Source: Ruditapes philippinarum
Taxonomy: Eukaryota
Length of the DNA stretch: 64,000 bases
Direction: 5' to 3'
Assembly: GCF_026571515.1 (NCBI RefSeq)
Contig: NW_026866144.1
Location: forward strand, 1-64,000
Both the position numbers and the translations under genes were made by a program. Shown here one piece after another: positions 37,579 to 51,311 of this stretch. Every line of letters begins with the position of its first letter. Positions within the stretch are counted from its first letter, which is position 1. The notes under the pieces are model-generated. The model searched no databases. It was not told the origin of the DNA and worked only from the letters and a program-made list of their open reading frames with translations.

Positions 37579-39069
37579 GCACCTTTTTAAGAAGCTGGGC
37601 AGCATGATACTCTCCCCCTCAGTACGTGCACGTCGTTGTGGAGGCACAGGACATCGGCAGATAATTTGAAGATCTACTGCTACGTGTGAGACGACACGTT
37701 CGCATGCCCTCTATAGCCCAGGGTTACATTTAAGGCGGCATGACTTAGTTTGTAGGAAGTAAGCTGCTGATGTCTTGACTGAAGCCGAGGGGAGTGATCC
37801 TAACATAGGGCATGGATAGCGAGGAAGGGTGCTAGATTGCGTTCTTTGCAGGTACAAACAATCAATCCTTTTTAGGGCTAACTTCCTTCATCATTGTCAC
37901 TGGTTACCGAACGTTTTGGTGCTCATTTGCCGCTGCACAGTGACCTATTTTGGGCTCAAAATTTATATATATCTTTTGCTAAAACAAACTCAGTACAAAT
38001 TGCATTGAGGTAAATGATCACTACATTGTGCTTCAAAATTAGAGGATTGGGACCTTTAACTTTTTGAATGACCGACCAACGTACCAGTTATAAGGCGTTG
38101 AGTGTGATAGCAAAAACAAGTATTTATGACAAAGGAAGATATAGACGATTGTCTCAACATTAGATAAACATATTTTTTATAATTACACGTTTTGTATAAT
38201 CATCCTACATTATATAAATTGTACTTCCGCGACAATTTATTCTTTAGATCGTGATAGCAGGGCATGATAATTTACTACTGTTATAACGAAATGAGAGCAA
38301 TTTTATCTCGCAACGTAAGCTTTGTAGCCGATGTATGTGAACTGTGTGACATTGTACACCATTGCTTTATGTTAACATATTTAGAAAATGAGTGTAAGGA
38401 TTATGTTGTAACACAATTATGTTACTTGAATTTATCTATTATGCCGTTGTAAATACATGTAACTTATCACTTTAGAATTTTTGATATATTAAAATTGTAT
38501 AAAAGTGACATTGCTATGTCTTTATTTCAAATGTTTAAATATTTCCCCGACTGGTTCCCAGTACGACAAGGCATAAGTTAGGAAAAATATTGCAGTCCCC
38601 AGTTTTGCATCCTTTTTTACAATAAAATCAAAAGATAATCGACAAGACGATAGTGTGAAAGTAGTTATAAAATTCACAGTATATTGTGCGTATGTCCAAC
38701 CTCAAGTGATGGCACGGTGATCACCTCTAGCATTAAATGACCTAATTAGCTTTAAGATACATGTCCTAATTTCATAAAAAATGAATGTGACTTACTTAAT
38801 GCAGCAAGCTGAGCTATAAGTTATGACAAGTGAGAACTGAATGACTAATGACGTAAAATATTACACCGATCTTTGTACGACTTACATGCACTTACATAAA
38901 ACATTCTTCTGGAAATAACTTAAACAAATACTGGTAATCACAATAATTGTAAATAAAAAGCAATATAAAAAACTTAATGAAAACAACAAATCTCTTTTTT
39001 ACATGTACTCTACGACAAGAAATAATACCACAACATGAATCATTACATCTATTGCTACGACCGCAGCTT

Positions 39070-39308
39070 CTTGACTTCAAACAACTTGCCCCTCACCGCT
39101 GTGGATTTGAATCCCGATATTGACTTTAGTTTCTATTGTGTGAGGAAGCTATCCAGCTCGCTAACGAAACGTCGGTTGTTATACTCAGGTGCCCGTTTGT
39201 GCCTAAAATAATGCAAAGAAATGCACCTAAGGTCTTCCTCCACAAGGAAAGCTGGAAAGTCTCCATAAAAATGACCTGTACTGTGTGGGTGCGACGTCAA
39301 ACCAAACC
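39070..39308 (+). mobile_element. tRNA-derived SINE, diverged and 5'-eroded copy
   Basis: ttgcccctcacc.ctgtggatttgaatccc (decayed B box), ctcaggtgcccgtt, ggtcttcctcc; collinear with the reverse complement of 40780-41065. Confidence 0.8.
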
Positions 39309-39879
39309 GTATAAAGACGAGCGCGCAGCACTAGCGCTAAGAATGATATACAAAATAATTTAGCGAGAAGGGAATATCCTTGCCCTTTGTCTATGACCCA
39401 TTTCCATAATACTGTTTGTTGTTGAATAACGAAATTGAATAGTATTCCTAAGTTAGTGATTAATTTTAATATTAAATTCCTACGGACTTCAATATTTGTA
39501 GTTTGGTATATCTTTTTTATCTAGTAACATTGATATATACACTCAGAGGCACTTATAACCCGACACTTAAATTTTTCGATATAACTTGATTATTTGTGAA
39601 TATTTTGTTCAGTTTTTGAACATACAAAATTCAACATATCATACTTATTTCCTCGAATTTTATTTTAAATTCATTAACAAGAAAATAGAGAAAACAACAA
39701 AACAAATATGTTACTGCAAAATGAAAAATCACAAAATTACTGTAAATATATTTTTATATCGTAACACAATGAAAAAAGTCTCTAAATCCAACTGATTCTG
39801 TATAATAACCAGTTCTAATACTTTCTGTGTCATCCCATGGCTGTAACAAAGTGTTAAAACCTGTCACATGGTTATGACG

Positions 39880-40137
39880 TAGTGAAAGCTTGGGGAATAT
39901 TTCTCCATTCCTGAATAAGGGCTTCCTCGAGTTCCATCAACGCCTGCATTCCAAGTCACCAGATCTAAACATCACACTTGTTGGCTGAATTGAACAGGCG
40001 TGTGAGAAAGCGGCCAAAAGCTCCTCGCAATTTGCTGGAACACGCGCAAGACCTTATTTACATTGTAGGAATAAAGAACTATGAGGCAGAGGTGTTTACT
40101 TTGTTATAGACAATTGGGAGGACATACAAAGTCTTAG
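39880..40137 (+). pseudogene. Frameshifted Tc1-family transposase C-terminal remnant
   Basis: Translates in pieces as SKSPDLNI / LAELNRRVRKRPKAPRNLLEHAQDL / MRQRCLLCYRQLGGHTKS*, matching the Tc1 SPDLNPIE..W..L.RRV and MxxRC...GGHTxY motifs. Confidence 0.75.
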
Positions 40138-40374
40138 AACTGGTAAACATACAGATTTAATGGGATTCAGAGACTGTTCATTGTGTTACGATTTTTAGTC
40201 ATTCTGTGATTTTTCATTTTACAGTAGCCTATTTGTTTTGCTTTTTGTTCTATTTTCTTATCGATGAATTGTAAATATAATTCCAAGTAGTAAGTATGAT
40301 ATGTTGAATTTTGTAAAGTCAAAATTTGAACAAAAGTCCGTTCACTAAATTAACCTAAATTTCATTCATAAAGA

Positions 40375-40775
40375 AAACTAAGTCATGTTGAATTATTTTC
40401 AATGGAGTTTTTATAAGCACAAAAGTATAGCAATATTACCTTCCTTTTATGGTTGTAATCAATGTCGATTGTACTTTGTGTCGTTAATCAAACGAATCAC
40501 ATGCTATGAATATTTGTAATAATATATTACTATTAAACAGATTTACAAACTTCCATTAAATAAGTAAGAAAATTTTTATGATTTCTGCAGTTATGTCAAA
40601 TACTATATTCAATCCAACTAGTTATTAATTACTAGAACTTTCACAAGAAAAAAAATCTTTGTTTGGGGCAAAATAATTTCTTTTATTGTGACAAAACATG
40701 TTTAATTAATATTGACCATTCTTGTTTATACTTCTGTTGTGTTGAAAATCTTGTCATAACTTTGATCCTTTTTAA
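40375..40775 (-). repeat. Indel-rich direct duplicate of the MFS paralog A stop region and 3'UTR (41505-41990)
   Basis: Collinear blocks catgttgaat..ttttcaatggag, aaaagtatagcaa, ttccttttat..ttgtaatcaat, tattcaatccaa, caaaataatttctttt, cttctgttgtgt, tttgatc. Confidence 0.8.
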
Positions 40776-40779
40776 TTCA

Positions 40780-41065
40780 TTTGCGTTTGTTTGAATGTTT
40801 GATTGGGTTTAACGTAGCACCGACACAGTATAAGTCATATGGCGACGTTCCATCTTTACTGGTAAAAGAAGACCTCAGGTGATCTTTCCGTGCATTATTA
40901 CAGGCACGAACGGGCACCTGAGTAGAACCACTGTTGTTCCGTAAGCTAGCTTGACAGCTTCCTGACATGAAAGAATCCAGGGTCCCTGGCGGGATTCGAA
41001 CCCACAGTGGTGAGGGGCAAATGGTTTATAGTCAACGACCTTAACCACTCGGCCACGGACGCCCT
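40780..41065 (-). mobile_element. tRNA-derived SINE, near full length
   Basis: Minus strand GGGCGTCCGTGGCCGAGTGGTTAAGG (A box) ... GGGTTCGAATCCC (B box), a ~200 bp body and a (CAAA)-like tail. Confidence 0.88.
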
Positions 41066-41956
41066 ATTTGGGTTGGTGTTGGAGTAACTTAGTCATGGCA
41101 TGCATAAAGTGTTAAGGACATTTCTTTTAAATCATTTATGTACCGTCTATAAAAGCATAATTTCATGAAAGCCGAGGAACTATTTTGTAAATGTTCCTTT
41201 ATGTTTCCTACTACTTCTACTGTTGTTGGTCGTCGTCGTCGTCTCCCTCGTCGAACTAGTTTTCTTACCAATTTTGATTATTGTTGTTGTTGTTGTTGTT
41301 GTTGTGCAATCTTATTTATCCACTTCATTTGTACAAATGCAATGAAATAAAACTTTGAAATATATTTCTATACATTTATTAACTAAACGCAATTCTTAAA
41401 TAGAAATGTATTTCATAGGCAAATAATACCCAACAATCATTTATCAAACTAAGTTTGATTAACGTTTTCCCAGGAGTTTCAATGTTCAATGCAAAACAGC
41501 AAAAGCTACTAAGCTCATGTTGAATATTTTTTCAATGGAGATATTTGAATATAAAACAACAAAAGTATAGCAAAAAATGGAGTTAACACGTTCCTTTTAT
41601 TTGTTGTAATCAATTCCGATTTACATTTGTAGTCCGTTAATCAAAACGAAAGTGCAATGCGTATAATATTTAATAATAATAATTACTAATATACAGATGT
41701 TTAACAAATTAATATATGAAAATAAGACAGACAAATTATGCTGACTGATTTCTGACATTTCAGTCACAATACTGCATATTCAATCCAATCTATGCTTATT
41801 ATCTATGTACATTTTTATTTGTTATAATTACTTTCACGCACAAATAACAATTTTTGTCTGGGTCAAAATAATTTCTTTTCTATTGATGACATAAACCATG
41901 TTGTAATTTATATTGTCATTCTTGGTTTATCTTCTGTTGTGTAATACGAAAAAATT

Positions 41957-44900
41957 CTATGTCAGTTCAATCGTTTGATCTCTTTTTAGATTCGGGTGTG
42001 TTACGGTCTTTGCGATCGTCTTTACCTCTATCTTTAATTCAGATGAATCGGCGAGACGCTTACCATGTATAGCACCGACGCTGTTTATACCTACTGCCAA
42101 GATAAACTGAAGAACTCCGTAGCCTAGGATCTGGTAAATGAATGACTTCGGTCCGAGATGACCGTAGAGATATCCGATAAGACGCATATGACATATCCCC
42201 CCGACTGACATGCCAAAAATCTGCATCATCATAACCAGACCTGTCAGCTTGATATGGTACTCAGTCCATGCAATGGCAGTTGGCAGAACAGCTGAACCGA
42301 AGAACGAGAGAAATTGTATGAATATCCAAAATAAAGTTGAGCAGTTTTGTGCAAATAGAAATAATAACCCAGCCGAGACAGCCATTCCAAATGTCTGGAT
42401 TATTATTAAAACTCTGATAGGTATGCAACGTGCAAGGAAAATAAAAACAAATCTGCCTACTGAAAATGTGATCCAGTAAGCTGTATTTAACGCAGACGCT
42501 AAGTCTGCGCCTATTCCATATTGGTCTATAGCAAAACTACGAATAAAATTTCCAATCATTTTGTCCGCCCCTGCATTATTTCCAAGATAAATGACTACTA
42601 AAAACACGATGGAAGATCCGTAACAAATTCTGCCATTTGCACACGTAGCCGGATTGACAATATCCTTGATAGACCGATTATCTATGTTCTTCGATAGGTT
42701 ATCGGTTCGAGTTTGGTTTCCATCTATGGTTCCATTAACCTTACAATCTGACTCACGAACTTGAAAAAAGTAAAATGCAATCGATACCAGTGCAGCAAAA
42801 CACGCGGAAATACCGTACGCATATTCAATTTTTGAATCACTATGAAGTACATTGTGTATTTTTGTGTTTTCTGACACTTTGTCTACAAATAAGAGAGTTT
42901 CATTTCCTGTAGTAGTATTGTTATCTAATGTTTCATTCACAGCAGAATGCATGGACTCTGTTTCTGCCAAGAAGGGGCTAGAGATAATGGGCACACAGAA
43001 TGAGCCAATACCATAACCTAGATGTACAAACATCAGAAACGGGGCTGATTTACCTTGCCAAATGTTGAACAAAATTCGCGTGCTTACTGAAATATAGTGT
43101 ACAAAATACTTATATGATAAATGGTAACAACAATCATGATCAAATTGAAGAACGGCATATGGACCAATTTATCAGATATATAGGACAAATAAGAATAGGC
43201 CAAAGTGTTATGTTATGCGACATGTATTTAGGTTAAATCAGCAAACGTTTAGGGCATTCTGACTGCCTTTTGACATTGATTATTCCCATACATGTATTGG
43301 GAAGAATTTTTTGATCCGCAATGTTCTTTAAATGAAATCGTTTTTGTAATTTACATAGAATTGAAAAAAAAGACAATAAACTTTAACAAATATTTCTTAG
43401 TTAACTATGGACCATGCTTGATATAAACAAAAAAGGAAAATAGCTTTTTGTTTCGTTAATGTAAAGACAAAATGTTAAACTACCGTTTATAGTTTGGTCT
43501 ATTGAAAACTGAAATATCGTTCTCAGCCTATTTTCAAGCTTCAGTAGTAAAGGCAGCGTATTCGTTACATGCAAATGTAACAAATGCATTTGATAAATCA
43601 TAAAATGTAAACGATGTAAGCTTTAAATGTCAATGTGTGTTTTCGATGCATACTAGACCAAAGTACATACAAAGTTTTAAACATATATCATCAGATGATA
43701 TGTTGAATGTCCTGAACAAATGATCTAGAAACGGCAAAACTTGACACGTTTGAATTATCGCCATGGTAATCTTATGATGCAACTAGCAACAAATGCTAAT
43801 GAAAACCGTTTATTTTGTAACATATAATTAAGACTGTTTCCTGTCATATTTTATCTTTTTTATAATATGCTACACGAATAAACGCTCTTCATTATTACAT
43901 AAACAGTTATGTTTTTTTGTTTCTGATAAGTTGAATTATTTGACCATCTGTTATATATCTAAAATATAAAGCATTAAATAAAGATATTATATAACGTTAT
44001 ATAAGAAAAGACCGTGGCGTTAATAAGTATCACTTACCTATATTAATGAACGCCTCCACAATGCCACCAATAAAACAGAAACCCCACAAGCACGTCAAAT
44101 TGGGTGACCATGGTATAGCTGCAGTAGCAAAAGCCGCAAGGTCAAGGCCAATAGCAATCAAAAGGTGGCAGTGACCACTAAATCTGTCCACGAGAAACCC
44201 GGCCATGATACTTCCGGGAAAGGCACCAACACTCCTTCCGGAAACTGCAACAGCCACTTCCTCGTAATCAGCATCAAGTTTTATCTTTAAGTCTATCAAT
44301 GTTGGTCCGTAAATTTCAGCATATGCTGACTGGAATAGTTGAAAATATTCTTCAATAAGCAAAAGTGTAATAAAATATATGTTATATGTCAGCAAAGTAA
44401 AAATTCAGTTTTGGTACGGAATGTCCAAAGTTGATATATTATCAAATGTGTAATGGATACTTTAAAATAATTCTCTCAAGAAATAGAATGTCAAGTCTTT
44501 AATTGGATTGATAATAATTGCCTAATGATATATAACATACTAAATGCATTCTTCAAACAAGTTTGCATAATGTCCTTTATGTTCATATTTTTTAGTGTTT
44601 CTTTTCAGTTTGGAAGGCTTTTCAAATTTGTATCATATTAAGATATTAATCAATATGTTCTTTTTAAATCATATAACGGTGATTTGTTACATAAATTGAT
44701 ATCATTATATATATTATTGTATATTGTAGTCTATGGTTGGTGGAGAAAGCCACATCCTTGATGAAGTTAAACGTGGCAAAATTTCTCACCCACTTAGTTT
44801 ATCCGGTGGCGATTGTAACTTTTATCTTCTGCGAATTTAGACCTGGCTGTTAAAAGGTGAAAATTTTACACACAAACGATATCAAAATATTACTTTTATT

Positions 44901-46053
44901 AACGCATAGTCTGTATTTATTATGTATTTAGGCGGAAATTTAATGTTGCAGATGATATACTTGCTAAAATATTTATACCTTAAATAAGCTTATAGCTTAT
45001 ATTAAAGTTTTCATTTCAAATATGTGTTTTATTCTTTTTATTTTGTTTTCCTTGTCCTTATATAGTTTCCAAAATGTTGCTTATTGACCAATTACCTGTA
45101 TCATCGTTTGTTTGTGTTGCCATTTGGCAATAAGTACAGTTATAGTATACATTTTGTAAATGTAAAAATGCTACTTTGCTTACATTTTGCTACTTTAATG
45201 AAACATAATTTTACATCAAACGCTACTTTCCATAGAACTAATTTAGACGTTATGAAACTAACGTTTGCTCTTTCTAAAGAAGAGGAAAATTGATTCGTTA
45301 CTGAGGCATAAGGTGCCATTAACGAAGTATTGCATTGCATTGAATACGTTAAGTAAAATTTTGCATATAAAATTCTTTCGTCGGGGTAAAAACATTCAAT
45401 GAGAAATTCATTTATTGTGCAATTTCATGTTGTTCTTTACCTATATATTACATTACATTACATTACACTGTCTCTTAAATATATATCAATATTGCAGCCA
45501 TCTTTCGTTACAAATCCTTCAAACAAGTTAGTCGTTAAAAGTGCCCATTCCATTTCAAATTTTTTGATATTTACGTTCTTTAAATTATCAATTAAAATAA
45601 TATAAATAATAAGAAATCTTCATATGAAAAACATAATTCATTTAATCGATTAATTATAATGATAACAAAGTAAAATTATTTTTTTATAAATATGTTAGAA
45701 CAGATCAGAACGCCATCAGTTTTAGAGGTGTATAATCAGTATGTTTTATTAGTTATTTTCTCTTTTTTTCTCTCTTTTTTTTTCTTCTTTTTTAACTTTA
45801 TTATTTTGTATTTTTATTTTTTTTATTTCACTTTTTTATACTTTTATTGTTTGTTGTTTTTGTTGTTTTTGCCGATGGATGTTCAAACATATTATGTCAT
45901 ATCATTCTCAAATGTTTGTTAATCAGATAGTCTTACCAATGCTACGAAAGTTAAAGCCAGACAAATTGTCTCACACACTTTATCAAAAGTGTTTCTTTTA
46001 TTTCCTGCCCCCATCTGTCCATCCTCATTGTCGATAATATCCTCGCTCGTCAT
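41957..46053 (-). CDS. MFS transporter, MFSD4/sodium-dependent glucose transporter 1 (NaGLT1)-like, paralog A (~512 aa)
   Basis: Exons 46053-45937, 44329-44038 (292 nt), 43086-41957; phases 0 and 1. Motifs GPTLIDL, GFLVDRF, HLGYGIGSF, GRFVFIFLAR; many hydrophobic TM segments. Confidence 0.92.
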
Positions 46054-47189
46054 ATTAAATGCACGTTCTTGTTTTAAAGAAAGATTTTTTTCAACCGAAA
46101 TTAAAACATCCGATAATGTATCAATTGTATTTAGATGTATTTATTTATAAGCACAAAACATAGAAGTGTAACTTTTTTATAAACAGTTGCAGAATGGACT
46201 CTTCAACGGAAACTAAGGAACGGAATGGGCTGAACATCCCAAGTGGTTCTGCTTTTATATGTTTTTTGAGAGAAAAAAAAAGATTAATTAATAAAACTTG
46301 CAAGCAAACTTGTCAAACAAGAATAAAATAAGACGGTGCAGGTACAAGATATCGCTGCTACAAATGCTGAACGTCATAATTACATGTGTACAAACATATT
46401 TTGGTCTACTTTTAAATCTATTTTTGTACTCTGAACAGGGCAGGTTTTTGTATTATAAAGGTAACTGTAAAATGTTAACTATAAAAAGTGCGAGCCTTTG
46501 AAGGTGTGATAAGATTATTCTGAAAACAAGTTTTTTACATTATTATGACATCATTTTTATTTAAATTTTTGCAAAAACACACATGTAACCAGACGAATAC
46601 GCCGTTACGTTCAGTACAAAAACAAGGATATGCAAGTTCACATTCGGAACTGCCTCGGCTATTATCTATAATAACCTCGGAAACAATACGGATTGAAAGT
46701 AGTTCTACCACGTGGTTTCAGATGTAAACAGAAACAGAGATAATGTAAAACGAATGTATATATTTGACATCTAATGTCTGTTCCGGTACTCTTATGCTTG
46801 AAAATATGTCTGACAACAATTTGTAATTTAAATATGCCCACTGATGTTCAATTTTAAACAAATCTAACTAAATGTCAACAGGTTGGGTTTTTTGTACTTT
46901 CGGTTTATACAGCCATAATTAATAAATTGTTTGCTTTTGTACCTATGAATTCACTTATTTTAGGTGGACTTTTACTACATATATTGGAAATAAACTTGTC
47001 AACAACTCCCAGCATTAAATTACTAATTGTTTATATGTTAAGTTTCTTAGCGTAGGTTTGACCGAAATACCGCATCCGTTCTATTCATACTATTATGTTC
47101 GAGGTCCTTATCCGAAGACTGACGAGTAGTTGCGATTGGCAATTTCAAAATATCTTCACATTTGTGGCCTTGATATTGATCGGTGTTTT

Positions 47190-47550
47190 GTACAGACTCA
47201 ATCAAACCGAGTCTGCAATACTATGCTTCACGTTATTTGGTTGTGATTAGTGCTTCCAAAGGATAATCTTTTTTCAGATTTTTATACTTCACAACAATAG
47301 GTGTCAAGTGCCTTGCGGCAGCTGTAAAACGTTTTCATGTACTTCACTTCAGTGTTATTATAGTTATCTGGTCATTCCGGATTACTAATTCCAGCAATCA
47401 AAGTGATGAAAATTGAGTACCGCTCAAGCCTGTGCTAAGGGGCGTGAGGCATGTTGCACTTTATCATTATCTCTCATGGACAGATTCAATCAAACCGAGT
47501 CTGCAATTTTCATGATTAATGCTTCCGAGAAATCACTCTTTTTCCAGTTG
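47190..47550 (+). repeat. Dispersed hairpin-rich repeat family, copy 5, present as ~1.3 tandem monomers (period ~288 bp)
   Basis: cagaYtcaatcaaaccgagtctgcaa at 47193 and 47481; the body matches 2521-2760. Confidence 0.75.
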
Positions 47551-47679
47551 TTTATTTCTTGTCTTTCAAAATTATTGATTTCACTACTTAAGTGTGGATT
47601 GAGTAAAGCATTATTAAACTTTTGTTACGGGGGCATGAGAGATGATACTAATTGTATTGCTTTTCAGACTCAATTAAAA

Positions 47680-47762
47680 GGTTCCCGCCCATACCTGAAA
47701 TAATGCACTGAAGGGCACCTGTGATATTTCTCCACACGAAAAGTTGGGAAAACGTCATATGT
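47680..47762 (+). mobile_element. SINE body fragment
   Basis: cctgaaataatgcactgaagggcacctg..ctccac..aaagttggga resembles the central body of the 39 and 41 kb SINEs. Confidence 0.5.
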
Positions 47763-48762
47763 GAGTGACTAAAAACCATTACAGTTATAACATTGTTTTA
47801 CAGTTAAAGATCTTGTAACTCATTTTTTTATGATTTTATATCATGATTGTAATGCTCAAATGAAGATTTATTAATATTTTAAGTTCCAAAAAGCATTATT
47901 TGTAAAGATATTACCGAATTTACATTTCATGTCAATAAAGTGAGGTAATTAGAAATTTATTTTCTACAAAGTATAGGTCCAATTTTTCAATAAGAAATGA
48001 ATGCATATATTTTAATGATACATATATATAATGTGGACAAATATTTGCAATACATATTTTACATATTCTTTGATGTTTTTTGCATAATTATATTCATATA
48101 TTAGATTTCACTTAAGTGTGTTAACAATCTTAATTGCAACATACAGGATCTTTAACTCTTTCAAAGCGATTAGTAAAAGCAGTAGATAATATGTGGTAGT
48201 CCTACATTTACACCTTGAAATTGAAAAATTAGTCAAATCGTGTGTCCATAGGCGACTGGATAACTACTACCAATAATCAAATACATGTGTATAACAAATG
48301 TCTCACTCGTATAAAGCAAGTGAATTTTGAAGTTATATTTTGATAACCAGCTTGACAATTAATACATTAAACTGTATAAGACCTTTCGATATGAATAGTG
48401 ACAGGTTAAGAACATTTTGCAAGAAAATTACGTTGTGAACAACCTGCATTCCTTCCAGTTCTTACGTGTTGAAATATATTATTTCCTCAAAATTTCTTTA
48501 TATATATTTACATAATATCATATATTCATCAACTTATAATCCTTCACACTATATTATTCGTACATAAACTTACACATACTTGATGCTAGTTAAGCTAATC
48601 AAATAATTAAGTGGGATATTAATGGCAAAAGGGTCCTTACTGTGCTCCAATATTTCAAACTTATACATATGACAGGTGATGAATTATAGTGTATAATGTT
48701 ATCTTAATGTTTGGGAATACCATTCATTGCTGTTTATATACAGCGAATATATTATTTCTGTA

Positions 48763-51311
48763 TCAATCTAACTTTTCATTTGATTTGCTGGTAGTTTCGG
48801 GCATCTCAATTTCAACTTTGTTTTCATCTTCAGTGGCAAATCTATTACCATGCTGTGCTCCTACTAAATCTAAACACACAGCTAAAATGAATTGCAGCAC
48901 ACCGTAGCCAAGTGTCTGAAATAAAAACGTTTTTGGTCCAAAGTTCTCGTACAAGTACCCTATCAAACGCATGTGGCATATACCCCCGACAGATGCCCCA
49001 AATATTTGCAATGTCATTCCAAGACCTGTCAGTTCTATGTGATAATCAGTCCATGCAATACCCGTCGGCCAAATTGCGGCGGAGAAGAATGAAAAGAATT
49101 GTATTATAATCCACAGAGACAAAGAGTTGTCTCCGGCAAAAAACAATAGTAAACAAGACGAGATAGCCATGCCACTAGCTTCTAAAACGATTAATACTCG
49201 AATTGAAATACAACGTGATATAAATATAAAAACCAGTCTACCAGCAGAAAATGTTATCCAGTATGAAGTGTTAAGAATCGACGCAGCATCTTTGGTGAAT
49301 CCTAACTGATCAATGGCGAAACTTCTGATAAAGCTACCAATCATACGGTCGCCCCCTCCGATATTTCCAAAATAAAAGAATAAGAGAAATAAAATGGATG
49401 ATCCGTACCAAAATCGTCCGTTAGCACAAGTTGCCGGATTAATAATCTCTCTAAACGTCCTGTCTTCCTTTTCATTGTCTTTCTTAACTATTGTGGTCAC
49501 TCCATCATTATATTCAGCAATTTTCCGAAATTTAGAATGTCGTATTTGATAATAGTAAAAAGCAATTGATACGGCTGCAACTATAGAAGCGGAAATGGCG
49601 TACGCGTATTCAATCTTTGAATCCTCCTTCTGAAAAGAGCTTTCTTCATTCTGCTTGGCATTATGGGTAGTGAGAGGTAGCATGCTTCCGCTTGTTGAAT
49701 TGCTGTTTTTCGTCGTTGTGTTTGTATCCGAGGACTGTGTTTCTTTGTCTGCTAAAAACGGATTGGAATACAGTGGCACAATGAAGGAACCTATACCGTA
49801 GCCTAGATGTATCAACATTAGGTATGAAGTTGTTTTATCCTTCCAAATGTTAAATAAAATGCGGGTGCCAGCTGAAAAGTAAAATTGATTACAATTGATT
49901 ATATACATACTGAATCATTATAATTTTGTTATAATGGCAAGGAACATCTAATTGCAGGAAATCAGGCAGTACAATAATAATTAGCAAGACTTTTGGAATC
50001 TTGTATGGCCAAACATAAACGCTTCTATAACTGGAGCCTCTGAGGGGTGGTTCAATTGCAAACTATCACGGCGATATTAACATATCATGTTTTTAAAACG
50101 ATTTACACTATAACACTGTTCCTTTGACTTATTAAAATCAAAATGCTTGGGGAAAAAACACAGATTAAGGTGGGTTTCATTACATGTGTGCATATGTATT
50201 ATACAATGATTTTCAGAGGAGTCTACTAACTATTGGGTCATTTTCCAACAAATAACTAAGCATAAATCATTACATACAAATAGTATATATTTAGTATTAT
50301 TCCAATCTATATGTTTTGTTTCCTCTCTCCACTTACCAATATTGAGAAAGGACTCAACAAATCCACCAACAAAGCAAAAGTACCACATGTATGTGATGTT
50401 TGGGGACCAGGGAATAGCTACTGTCACACCAGCGGCAATGTCAAGGCCGAGGGCAATCATTAGGTGACAATATCCACTAAACTTATCCACGAAAAAACCA
50501 GCGAGAACGCTTCCTGGGAACCAACCAACACTTCTTCCGGAAACAGCCACAGCAACTTGCTCATAGTCTGTGTTCAGTTTTATCTTCAGGTCAATTAAGG
50601 TAGGTCCATATATTTCAACGTACGTTGACTGAAAATGTTAAAACAATTAATTAAGTTTCATAGGTAAAAAGAAGCAGAAAAATAACGACAGAAAGGAAGA
50701 AAAAAAAATCACAAAAGGCATATGAACAATTTAACTTAAAACGATAAATATGTGTTGTTTATTAACCATGTCATTAAAATTATTTTGATTCAATATCAAA
50801 CGATTCCTGTCGGATGTTACATTACCTGATGTTTGTATTCTTTGAACGCGGATATGTTTCTTTTTATCCATGAGATAATAATTATATATTACATTTATTT
50901 TCATATTAATCATATTTTTCTATATAAAAATGTGGTATCTATAGGTCACCTAGTAAATTTAACGGTTATCACGGAGAGGCCGCTGTTTTTAAAAATGAAC
51001 AAAGTGTGAGCATTAGAATATATTCGTTTTCAATAAACGTTTAGCACTAGCACATGCTATTTTATCAACTGTTTATAATCGCACTTTTATTCATAGCAAA
51101 AACAACTTTGTTTTATTTGATTTGTTTTTAATATGTGTAGATTGAATGCAGTTCATCACATGAAAATCTGTTATTTAATTAGACTCACTAGTGCTAGCCA
51201 TGTAAGGAACAAAAAGCACGTCTCTACAACTTTGCTCAAAACACTTCTCTTGTTGCGTTCTTCTTCAACCACATCTTTAGCCTCTGCTTCCGTAATGTCT
51301 GGGGATGTCAT
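48763..51311 (-). CDS. MFS transporter, MFSD4/NaGLT1-like, paralog B (~507 aa)
   Basis: Exons 51311-51189, 50628-50337 (292 nt), 49871-48763. Same intron positions and motifs as paralog A (GPTLIDL, GFFVDKF, HLGYGIGSF). Confidence 0.92.

Noticed and set aside
37040-37669. ORFs spanning N runs (also at 11668, 17721, 32306)
   Set aside because: Open only because of assembly gaps and (TAT)n.
40985-41065. Possible tRNA gene
   Set aside because: A and B boxes are present, but there is no clean cloverleaf, and the sequence continues into a SINE body and tail with another copy at 39 kb.
42210-49309. Antisense ORFs overlapping MFS exons
   Set aside because: Shadow ORFs of the real coding strand.
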